DNA of 63,681 bases, the filler included, from Cercozoa sp. M6MM (taxonomy: Eukaryota > Protista > Endomyxa: Ascetosporea), in assembly GCA_040357565.1 (NCBI GenBank). It is 7 parts of 7 records of this genome, joined end to end, with 100 filler letters (N's around TTAATTAATTAA, not from the genome) between each part and the next. Parts side by side here need not be neighbours in the genome. Positions count along the whole stretch, not along the records: positions 38,251 to 55,141 come from JBDODJ010000276.1; positions 55,242 to 62,546 come from JBDODJ010000638.1; positions 62,647 to 63,681 come from JBDODJ010002213.1; 4 more parts are not named here. One strand, given 5' to 3'. This document shows positions 53,018-63,681 of the stretch, piece after piece. The first letter of the stretch is position 1. Each line of letters starts with the position of its first letter. The notes below the pieces were generated by a model that saw only the letters and a list, made by a program, of their open reading frames with translations, had not been told where the DNA came from and made no database searches. The translations under genes were made by a program, and so were the position numbers.

Positions 53018-54950
53018 ATGCCAAAAAACTTAATTCATGCGCTCTCGCGCAAGTTGTCGAGGCCGAGGGAAAGGGATGCACAAGGCGCTCGGCTAGAAAA
53101 GAAAAGAACGAACGTCGCTAGTGACAGCGAAACAACGAGTGAGGTATCTGGGACACTAGCGTTGCGTCAACGAAACGAAGCAATTGCAGAGTCGATAAGC
53201 TCTCGCATCTTCGCGCTAGTCCACGGTATCGCACTTTTGCACCTCTCACAGTTGATTTATCATGTATCCCTGCTCGTAAATACAGCTCGCGAACTTAGCG
53301 AGGCAATGTACGGAAGCGCACCTACTGCTATAGCCGGCGAGTTCTCAGACAGTGACAGCGATTTTGATAGTGTCGGGTCAGACCACGATGCACGAGGAAG
53401 GTACCAAAACCGAAGTTTGATATTGTTTTTCAATACGTCGCGCATATTTGTTTGTCGCTTTAGCATTCGGCACGCTACAACGGTTGCATTGGCAGCAGCG
53501 AAGATGCGAGCTCGCGCGAAAGCTCGTATGAAAGACAAGGCAACTGCACTGAAAGAGTTGCGCAAGACACTGTCAAAGGAGTTTCACGTTTTCGCGTCGC
53601 ACGATGGCGACACACTTGTTCTGCGACGAAGGAGTCCGAGCACTTTTGCGGCGTTCGACGACGTAACTATTCGAAGACGAATGCTTCGTGCCTTGCGCGA
53701 AGAAAGCGAAAGCGTCTCAACCCAAACTCTGCGAGCGGAAACGAACACAAAAGAGAGGACATGTGAAGGTCGGTTCAAGTCCTGTGGAACCCAAACCGAC
53801 AATTCCGAGTATCACGTGCCCTTGCGAATGGAGTCTCGACCTTCACTAAAGAAAACACAACCCATTCGCAAGTTTTCAAAGGTGACGCAAACACAACTTA
53901 GAGCTGCGTTCGAGTCGCGAGCGACGCAAATGGACGGTTTTCTGGTCGCAACGCCTCCGACTTTGCGCGACACCATATCAGCGTTCACACAAACCACCTC
54001 GCTTCCGTACTGGAAAAGGTCAGAAGCAATGCCAGAGAAACTTGCGAAAGTTCTCACTCGCGAAGAGGAGCAGCATCGCAACTCAAAGCACTTGTCGGGT
54101 ATTCGTAGTTTCACCAACAGAGTGGAAACAGCATTCGCCGACAAACACCGCCTGGAAACAACAAGAATATCATCTCTGTACCGCCGCTTGAGCGATCTTC
54201 GCCAGCGTTTGATATTGTTGGGTGGTGCTATCGCGGTAAGTTGCACCCTGCCTTTTAAACAGACACTTCAGTAGAGTCACTGGTGGCTCATTGGACTTCC
54301 TTCTTCAACAGAATCGAGAGCACCGACACGCATCACAACGATCCGACGAGGCAAAGAAGATATCGCATTCAGTCCAAACGCTTCGAGAAGCCTACGTTGC
54401 CAGGACAAAGGAGTTGGCAGTGTAAAATCGAAAGCTCCGCACTGGATTGAAGGAGAATACCCCTTGCATGTGGTGTGAGCAGCTTGCGCTTGAAGTGCGC
54501 CGTGCTTTCTGATCGTTTGCAATGCGCTGATGTATCGAACGTTCTATCAAGAGGGGAGTGGACACTTCTGTCATACCATGCCACACAGGACATCCGAAGC
54601 GCACGAAAACGACTTACGATGGGTTCAAATGCACGAAAACGACTCGCAACGAGTTCGGACGTCGTTCTAGTTGATGAAGAGCGACGACCAGCGACAACAC
54701 ACGTCATGCGTGTCAGCTCTCATGACGAAGAAACCACTGCCCCTGACAGGGGCTCCAGCGTCAATTTCGCTTTTCGAGCGCAAAGCAGTCGCAGCCAACG
54801 CTGGAGCCGAGGAGAGGCAGACTTCAGTGGAGATTGGGCGAGTGCGCATCATTCCGAGTGGACAATATGGCCGAAAACCGCAGCCACGAGCGACAAGCAT
54901 GAATGCTTGGGCGCGAGGTATAATTGATTTGCACAAGCAAACCACATCGT

Positions 54951-55020
<70 letters not shown>

Positions 55021-55141
55021 CCGCACGCACAAGTTCCTGGTTAATAGTGCGAAGATGTACGCATGGCACCGTGAGTCAGGTGGTACCCACGACACCTTTC
55101 GCCTTCCTCTGCCAACAACTCTTCCGGACGCACAGGGCAAG
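53018..55141 (+). CDS. Hypothetical protein; multi-exon, truncated by the gap
   Basis: 418-aa ORF plus downstream exons with several TQT motifs. No recognised domain. Confidence 0.5.
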
Positions 55142-55258
55142 NNNNNNNNNNNNNNNNNNNNNNNNNNNNNNNNNNNNNNNNNNNNTTAATTAATTAANNN
55201 NNNNNNNNNNNNNNNNNNNNNNNNNNNNNNNNNNNNNNNNNCCCCCCCCCCTGAGCAG

Positions 55259-55568
55259 GCGCCTTCATGGAACAATACGCGCGCGAGCAAGTGTTCTCGG
55301 CGTCAGATTCGCTCGCTGAGTTCGACGACGCGCGGTGCGCTGCTCTGTTGCCTCTCTGTCCTTGTCATGTATTCCTTGTATTGAGACAGAGAGGTAGTGC
55401 AAACCCTGTGCGAGGAGTACAAGGCCATCGCCAAGCCTGGTCTTTCAGTTTTCGTCTTTTCCTTAGTTTCCCCGCTGACTGACTGCTCTATCTCTCTGGA
55501 CAGACTACGCGAGCTACGTGCCTCCCCAGCGCAAGCAGCGTGACCCGAGTGTCCCGGTGCAGTACTAA
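55259..55568 (+). CDS. TUBG: Gamma-tubulin, last three exons
   Basis: Spliced AFMEQYAREQVFSASDSLAEFDDAREVVQTLCEEYKAIAKPDYASY matches the gamma-tubulin C-terminal helix pattern (AF.EQ..KE..F.....E.D..RE.VQ.L..EY.A...PDY). Confidence 0.8.
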
Positions 55569-55946
55569 GCCCCAACCGAACTACCTGGCCGGTACCTACT
55601 GGTGCAGCGCAGTACTGGATACAGTTCCATAATTGATCGAGACGAAAAGTTCAAAAAACCAACAACTGAATCAAAGCAGGTTCCATTGGTGTCTCGTCAG
55701 TATCCTAAGGAGAGCGATAAAACTCTCGTGCCCTCATGAATTAGCTGAGCCCACGCACGATCTTTACTTGTTCGAGTACGAAATAACAATCAATTGTGGG
55801 CAGCGCTTCGTAGTCCAGCGGACACTGGCTGTTTTTGGCGAATGCAGTGCATGTATGACTGATGGATGACGTGTGACTGGTGTCATGACGTCATTTCGAA
55901 CCTAGAGTTCATTGATAAACTGCTGTTTGTGCACTTTCTCACCCTG

Positions 55947-57834
55947 ATGGAAGTCGTTCTTCGCTTTCAAGCGCAATCGTTGCGTATGATTCTTGCTTGC
56001 TCTGCCTTCCTCGTCACGGTATCGATGCCTTGATTGAGCGGGTTTTCAATGTGCACTGTTTCTATTTATAACGTGATTTTGATTTTAATTTACACAGTGG
56101 TTGATCTGTTTCCCTGTGGTGCTGAGTGAAATCCCGGGCGCTATCGCGCTTTTTGGTGTGCTGCCGTGTCTCTTTGTCCCGCTACTGTTCTGCGCCTTCT
56201 GCGTCGCACTGCCCTACATGCGTTCTTTCTCGATGGTAAATTACCATAAACCGAGAAGTTTCGCATTCCAGCCGGCATGGATGTTCGTGGGGTACCTATA
56301 GTTTCGCATTCCAGCCGGCATGGTGCTGGCCTCGACTCTGAGCTTGACTGCGTTGTTGATTGCGCGACTTGCCTGCGGTGACTTCGTACGCATCAGTGAA
56401 TCCAAGTCGACTAATCGTTTGTCGCCTAAATATGAGAGGTGCTGATTTGCAGTAAATGCCAGCCAGGACATCTCTTCAACATCTCACTAATGCACTGTAT
56501 GTACTACAGAGAGTTCCAAGTTGGTGTATTCTTGCAACAGTACGTGTTGGCGCTGGCAGTGATCGCGACGAGTCTCGGCGTGTGCTGGCGGCTGCGCAAG
56601 CGAGCGAAAGGTGCGCGCTTGATCTTTTCCTGTACGAGCCGACTGACCGAAATGTGGAGGTACGACTTTCAGCTTTTTGTGTCTCCGTAAAATGTCGTTT
56701 ACGTTGCGTTGTCTTTAGTGACCAAGTGTTGCGCAAGGTGCTGTTGCAAGAGTTCGTCATCATGTGGTATTCTTGTCTCTAACTCACTTCTTCCCGTAAG
56801 CTGTTTTGATGCATGGTACGACGTGCCACAGTGGTCTTTCCCATGGCGTCATTTCTTTGTTGTTCTTTTTGAGCTTGCCATTAAGGTACTACTACCTGCG
56901 CTTGGAATTCCGAAAAGAAAGTGCACGTTGTTTCTGTCCGGTATGTTTAGGCAATGGGTTCTGCTGGTCGCGCTGCCCGTGCTGGTAGCGACTCTTCCTC
57001 TTTGCATTCGTGGCTCCAGCACTCGCATCAAAGAAGCCATTCTGTCGAACCTGCAGTTGGAGGTATTTTCACTTGTCCTGTGATCGTTTTAAACCTCGCC
57101 ATGTGCACTTGTGGGACAGAATGAAGCAGATACATTTATCAACCCCAATGTCGACCCCAATGAAGGCGCCGATACAGAAAGCAGTGTCTTGCTGCCTCTG
57201 CCGTCGATCCAAGCATTTTCGGCCATCGAAGAGAGTGGCACGCGGACTCAACGCTTGGTGTGGCACAAAGGTAGATACTCGTGTCTTTCCCGCACTTATT
57301 AGTACTGCATCCTCCTCTGATCGTAGGCGCATTGAGGGAGCTCTTTGTTCTGCTATGTGCCGTGTTTGTCTGCCTCGCTCTTGTTTTTGTGGAAATCTAC
57401 CGTCGTTCGACAAGCGCGGACAACTACTATCCCTACTCCAGGTATTTTCTGATCCGTTGTTCTGCTATTAAATTGACTTCTAATAATTGGTAATGGACTC
57501 TGTCGAAAGCAGCGATGAATACCCACTCGTGTTCGACGAAGTTGCGTCGTTACATCTGTGGTCGCAAGTGACAGCGGTGTTTATGACTGCGCTGACCGCA
57601 CTCTGCGTCGTTTCAGTCTTTGCAACAGCGGTGCGGGCGTTGACAAACGCGGCGTGCGATCGCTTTGACCGGCAAGACGAGCGCCAAGGCGGTGGTATCA
57701 GTGCCATTTCTGTCAGTGTCATCGATTCTGACGAGGACGGCGGAGCCGATCGTCAGGAAGAAGACGACGCTGACCAAGACTTCGTTGGTCGTGACTTGGT
57801 CAGACATGTGAGGGCTGTTGTCGCCGGCGCCTGA
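55947..57834 (+). CDS. Multi-pass membrane protein of unknown family; multi-exon
   Basis: Many hydrophobic segments in GT-AG-bounded exons and an acidic C-terminal tail. Confidence 0.55.
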
Positions 57835-58814
57835 GCACGAGACCCACGATGCTAGGCCGTAGATGCGCAGGAACGGACCGGGAGTGCGCTAGCAGGTTCC
57901 CAGGCGATATTGCAAATGTGATAGACAGTACTGACTAGTAGCTAAGGTGCATTGACGTTAAATCCGTTTACGGCGACCGGACTTGTCAGAACAACTGAAA
58001 TAGTCATTTCAGTTCGATTTGGCCGAAGCGAAGAGGATACAGTTCAAACTCAATATGGCGTCGCCCTAGTTTCAATCAACTTACGGCAACTCTTGTTTCA
58101 TCGACGTAGCCGCAGTTCTCTGCAAGAGGGTCAAATTTGCACACCAGCACAACAACGAAGTGCTCTCCCTGGTTCGCGAACCACGGTTGAGAGTGCCTTG
58201 GTGGGCAATACATGGTACACTTTGAGATACTAGTAACGAAAGAAGATACTAAAGTACTGTTGCTACCGCATGGAAGCTACGTTAACGCAAACTACAGTTG
58301 AATTCGAGGCTGAAGCCGCAACCATTTCCACTATTTGCTTCTTGTTGTTCGCTTGCCGATGTGGTTCTCGTTGTTGTCCTGTGTCCTACTGTGGAATTCC
58401 TTGAAGTCAGTTGTCAGTTGCTGCATTTGTTCCGTGGATGCAGTCGTACCAGAGACTCGGATGCTCATTCTCTTATGTTGTTCCACTCTCAGGTGGATAT
58501 GTACGAGGATGTTGCTGGGTTCCAGACGTCAACGATTTGTATTGGTGCTTTGTGTTTGCTATAAATGAGTGTTCTCGGAGTGTCCTGTTGTCTTTTTTGG
58601 ATAGTTTTGGCGTATTAGTTTATCACCTGTAGCTATCGTATGTACCGTACTGCATCATGTTAATGAGGGTACCGTACTATGAGTAAGGTATGACTTTTGC
58701 GTTCGCCGATCTCCATGACAAATGGTACGGTAACTCACGTCAGTCAGTACCCCGTGATATGTATCGTAATCGAATACGTACGTATGGTACACAGCACGCA
58801 CATTGTGTTGAACA

Positions 58815-61538
58815 CTACCGCTGCTGTATGTCAGCAAGCGACCATGGCTGTGAGGTGCCACCGCCGACACGTGCACTCTTACTGGGCGACGGACCGTCCT
58901 CCGTGCCTGGTACCCTCATCGATACTGTCATGGGCGAGGAGCGCTTGCGCGGTGCCTTCTTCTTCTTCTTCTTTTTGGACTGGGCTGCCGCGGCCGCCAG
59001 CAGCAAGTTCTGCTCGCTGCTCTTGCTCTTGGTGGCCGCCTTTTGCGCAAAGAAGTGCGCGAACGTCTTGGCAGCGCCTTCTGTGTCACATCGGGGCTAA
59101 GGGGCCAGTTGGGTAGACTGGGTGGGATGAGGTACCGTCCTTCTCGTCGGCACCAACGCTATCGTCGCTGGCGTCGCTCACGTGCGACGAGCGCGAACGT
59201 TCGCTGTCGACGTCGGCGATTGGATGCTCCTGTGGCGCCATGTCTTGCACTGCACGCACACAAGGTACCTGAGTTACCCCCTTCACTCCTATCCTCTGGA
59301 GACAAGATGCGTACCCGGCAGGTCAGGAACGGTGACACCGAAGCGCACGGAGCGCGAGTCGCTGCCCGTCGCTTTGTGCGCCGCTATCTCTTGCTGCATT
59401 GCTCTGACATACCACAAGATAGGCGGGATAGGGTAGGGATATGGTAGGATGGGGTAGGGATATGGTAGAGTAGGGTAGGGTAGGGTGGGCAGGGTAGGGT
59501 ATGGGTGGCATGGGGTAGGTCGGGTGCGACGGGTAGAAGTAGGGTAGGGTAGGGAGTACAGTCGCATGCGCGCACGCATATGCCGTGCCTGCGCGGCCTC
59601 GTGTCGTTGTCGTAGTTGCGTGTGCGCGTCGCGTGCCGTGTCCACGAGACTGGCGTAGAAGCGCGGCGCCACTCCGCGCACGACGCGTCGCAGCAGCGCG
59701 CGACACTGCGGGTCGAACGCCGCCTGCAGCAGCAGCGCCGACTGCCGCCGCGCGCGCGCTGTCTCCAGCACGTTCAGCACCTGGGGGACGGGGAGATGGG
59801 GTAATGGGGTAATGGGGTAATGGGGACAGGTGGCTGTGGGTTAGGGTGGGAGTACAGCACTCTGCAGCAGCGAGGCTGCGCCGGCCTGACCCTTGCGTTT
59901 CTCCAGCACGGCGCGGCGAGTCGGCGCGGCCAGTGCGGAGTCGTCACCGCACGTGGCGCCGCGCAGTGCGGCCACCTGGAGCAGTTTCAGCACCAGTCGG
60001 CGTCGCACCACGGCTGCCAGCAGCACGTCCTGTGTACTCTCCTCCTGCGGGGGGGGGGGGGGGCAGGGTAGGCGGTATGGGGTGGGGCAGGGTAGGCGAT
60101 ATGGGGTAGGGTAGAAGGTGGGTCAAGCTACCTCTTCGGCATCGAGCTCGGTGTCGGATTCGCTGTCGCTGTCGCTGTCGTCACTGTCGCTGTCATCCGC
60201 GCGGAAGAAACTGCGCGACTTGGCACTCGTTCTGTGTCGTCGCTTCTTCTGTTTCTTCTTCTGTTTCTTCTTCTGTTGTTGCTGTCGTTGTTGTTGTTGT
60301 TGCTGTTGTTGTTGTTGCATGTACTGCTGGTGCTGCTGCGAGCGCAGTCGGTTCATCGGCGACGCTCGCGTCGACAGCGAAAACGCCGTCGCACTGTGAC
60401 TGTCGTGCACCTCCGTGGCACCTGGGGTAGAGGGCTAAAGAGTAGGAGGATGAGGTGGGGTACAGGCCAAAGTACCAGTGAGACAGGCACGCAGCAGTCG
60501 CACAGCCGCCAGTCGCACATCGGCGGCACCGCTGTCCAGCAGCGCCGTGCCAATGTTGCCCTGGGGGGGGGGGGGGTGGGTAAGGCCGGGGGGGAAGGGG
60601 GGGGGGGGGGCGGTAAAGCCAGGCTACCGCATCGTCGGTGAGTCGCAGCAGCGCGCGCAGTCGCGGCACGCACGCGGCCACGTCGAGTCGCTCCCAGGCA
60701 CGCGACACGGCGACGATGCGTTTCCTGTCCTCCTCGTCCTCTGTGTTCCTGTCCGTACTGTCCCTGTCCCTGTCCGTACTGTCCCTGTCCATGGCCCTGT
60801 CCGTACTGTCTTGACTGTCCTTGAAGAAGGCGCGGTGCAGCACCTCGGCCGACAGCGGCTCGCCCATGACGACGCGCAGGATGTCCACGCGGATGTCCGC
60901 GCAAACGTCCGCGCGGACGTCGGCCTCGTCACGGCCAGGGTCGTTGTGTTCGCCGTCGCTCTTGTTGTTTTCCTCGGCGTCGTCCACGTGCACCAGGAAG
61001 CGACAGAAGCGCGGTCGGTCCACGTGTGCGCAGTGCGCCAGTACTTCGCACGCGTGGTACCTGGGGGGGGGGGTAAGATGGGGGTAAGATGGTGTAAACG
61101 GGGTTAACGTAGGGAGGTAAGTTCGGTGGAGGTAAAGTACCGCACATGGCGCGCACTCGTGTGCCGCAGTGCGCGCAGCAGGTACTGCATCGGCGGCACG
61201 CGACCGCGCAGACGACATACGACGCCATGCAGACCGCCCGACACAGCCGGTTCCTCGTCCAAGGCACTACTGGCCTCCAGGTCGCGCTCCATGCTCTGTG
61301 GATGTTGGGGTGGGGGTAAAGGGTAAGGGGTAGGGAGTGTGGGGGTAAGAGTGCACCAGCAGACAGTCGCCGATGTCGGGCTGCTCGTCCAGGCGGCCAC
61401 AGACGTGCCGCGCGTACATCTGCCGCAGGAAGATCTTGCGGTCGCTCACCTTGAGGTGCTGCATCGTCTGCATGTCCACCTGTTCACACTCACTCATACA
61501 CACACACACACACCCACCCACCCACCCACCCACACACC

Positions 61539-61585
<47 letters not shown>

Positions 61586-62546
61586 ACAGATATACATGGA
61601 CAGGTACAGATGTACAGTACATGTACAGATAGACAGTACAGGCCTACCAGGGCACGCAGGAACTCGGCGATTTGCGAGGACAGAGCGGCGCCGAACGCGT
61701 TGGCCGGCAGTGTCTCGAAGCGCCGCGCCACCAACTCCACCAGACTCGGCGCATCCTGATCGGGAGGGGGTAAAGAGGGGGTACCGAGGTATAGAGGGGG
61801 TAAAGAGGGTATAGAGGGGGGTGCTTAAACACACGTCCAGCAGCAGCGTGCGACGCGGCCGCGGCGGCGGTTCCCGTCGCTCCTCGTCCTCCCGCGTCGA
61901 CGACTCCGTCTGCGTCTGCGTCTGCTTCTGCTTCTGCTTCTGCAGTGCCTGCAGGAAGGCACTCAGCGAGGCACTATCCTCTGCACATGGGGAGTAAACA
62001 GGAGGGGGGGGGGGTAAATAGGGTAAAGGTAGACACACCTTCCTCCTCCTCATCCTGCATCGGCTCGCTTGACTCATCCGCAGGCACACCTGTGGGGGGG
62101 GGGGGAAAACAGGGGGGTAAACAGGTAGGAGGGGTTAAAGGGCAGCACCAGCGTCGTAGGCTTGCTGTGCCGTCTCCAGATGACCGGCGTGTTCCGCCAC
62201 AACGGCATCTACGACGTACTGCCGCACCTGTCCAACAAGCAACAACCTTGTTCGAGCCTTTCCCCTTCCTGGTACTGTAATGACACATACCATGTTGACG
62301 TCGTAGTTGGTGATGGACAGAATTATGTCCATGCAGGTCGTCCACACACGGTAGCCCTTATCTCTGGGGGGGGGGGGGTAGGGGGTAGGGGGGGGGGTGG
62401 AGGCAAAGGGTACCGCCAGTCCAGCTCGCGGCTGGACAGCAGCAGCTTGTGCACCGTCGTCATCAGTCCGCGCGTCATCAGACCGTCGTAGGCGTCCTCG
62501 CGCGCCGACGGCGCTAGCGTCTTGGCCAGCTCGAACATGTCCTGGG
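58815..62546 (-). CDS. PPP4R3: PP4 regulatory subunit 3 (SMEK/Psy2)-like; 5' truncated, with low-complexity insertions
   Basis: QDMFELAKTLAPSAREDAYDGL, MDIILSITNYDVNMVRQYV, QIAEFLRALVDMQTM..DRKIFLRQMY and ACEVLAHC are colinear with the SMK-1 domain. Confidence 0.7.
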
Positions 62547-62646
62547 NNNNNNNNNNNNNNNNNNNNNNNNNNNNNNNNNNNNNNNNNNNNTTAATTAATT
62601 AANNNNNNNNNNNNNNNNNNNNNNNNNNNNNNNNNNNNNNNNNNNN

Positions 62647-62694
<48 letters not shown>

Positions 62695-62703
62695 GACTGT
62701 TAG

Positions 62704-63095
62704 ATGACTGAGTGCCACAGGAGCGACAGGCACACAAAGACACGGACGCAGCGCGTGCACGACTCAACTTGCGTCGTGTTGTCAAGGTGTGCCCAGTTTA
62801 TCTGCGCTCGCCAGTGTGCACATTTGTGTGTTGTGTATCTGTGGCTGCAGACATGCACTGCGAGCATTGGTTTCGGCCGTCAGAAGCGCAGTGTGGTCCC
62901 TTGCCTGTTTGTATACGCACACGCGCATGCATACACACGTGTTTGTACAGGTGGCAGCCCAGCTGCACCCGCGTGTCGCACTGTCGCACTTGCTGCTCGT
63001 GGCCTTTGCAGCGCCGCTGCCGACCGACGCTCCCTCGGAGGAGGAACAGCTCGCCTCGTGTACCTTTTGTTATGTTTTGTGTTCACACACACACA

Positions 63096-63164
<69 letters not shown>

Positions 63165-63681
63165 CACACATAACACACACACACACACACGCACACACAA
63201 CACACAACACACACACGCATACGCATACGCACGCACACACACAACACACACGCACGCACGCACACACACACACACACATCTACATGGTTCTGCCTTGCAG
63301 CACTCGGCATTCCGTCAGACGTGCCGGGTGTCCTTGCTGTTTTTGACACGAGCACAGCCAAGTCGGTAGCATACACAAACACATATAAATATACAAAAAT
63401 GTGTGTTTGTGTGTGGTCTGTGTTTGTGTCTGTGCGCAGGCACGCCGACCAGCGTGTGTGTTGTTGGCACCGTCGGCTGCTCTAACGACGGCGACATGGC
63501 ACCCGGATCCGTCGTACCCCAACTCTCTTGGTCTGTTAGAGCAAGAGGGGTACGCTCTCTATGTTGTGGTGCGCTATAGACATGCCTACTGCGTACTTGC
63601 TGGCACGTCGCGTGGTCAAATCCTCGCTTGGGTATGCCTGTTGCGCTGTTGGTTGTGTGTGTGTGTGTGTGTGTGTGTGTG
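62704..63681 (+). CDS. Fragment of a hypothetical multi-exon gene
   Basis: Short GC-rich exons between GT-AG introns that contain (CA)/(TG) repeats. No recognisable domain. Confidence 0.35.

Noticed and set aside
57900-58800. Possible retroelement remnant in the AT-richer intergenic stretch
   Set aside because: No RT, integrase or transposase motif, and no terminal repeats visible.
24861-62546. Functional clustering of TAP42 with PP4R3, or of the flagellar genes
   Set aside because: They lie on different concatenated contigs, so proximity is not evidence.
62704-63382. His/Thr- or Cys/Val-rich ORFs (HTHT, CVCV) as metal-binding proteins
   Set aside because: They are translations of intronic (CA)n/(TG)n microsatellites.

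Overview
Intron-rich, gene-dense eukaryotic (protist-type) nuclear DNA read with the standard genetic code. The window is not one locus. It is seven contigs joined by artificial 100-nt N-spacers carrying TTAATTAATTAA, so gene order across the spacers means nothing. About 29 spliced genes could be reconstructed by hand. Recognisable ones include WDR44-like, an internally deleted ABCG, RBM39 (3' end), SMU1, a class-3 lipase, actin, a bHLH factor, an RIIa/RSP11-like protein, eIF2B-delta, WDR70, TRM112, TAP42/IGBP1, IFT81, an AT-hook protein, an LRR/Sfi1-like protein, alkaline ceramidase, RhoGAP, ABCF, gamma-tubulin (3' end) and PP4R3. IFT81 and the RSP11-like gene point to a flagellated organism. 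The standout is a 4-exon minus-strand gene at 22753-23520 that the ORF track misses. It encodes a 196-aa secreted precursor: signal peptide, very acidic pro-region, then a 47-aa amphipathic peptide of net charge +16 (GFLKKAFKRVKKFVVKKVIGKAIKYVFGAKGYIAYRVGRIAYRVSRR). This is the architecture of an antimicrobial or cytolytic peptide precursor. Also notable are a seven-AT-hook protein with HMGN-like RRS[AT]R motifs at both ends, a non-standard GTAC-biased 5' splice consensus, and strand-biased TACCC repeats in introns. Family names come from remembered motifs; no searches were run.
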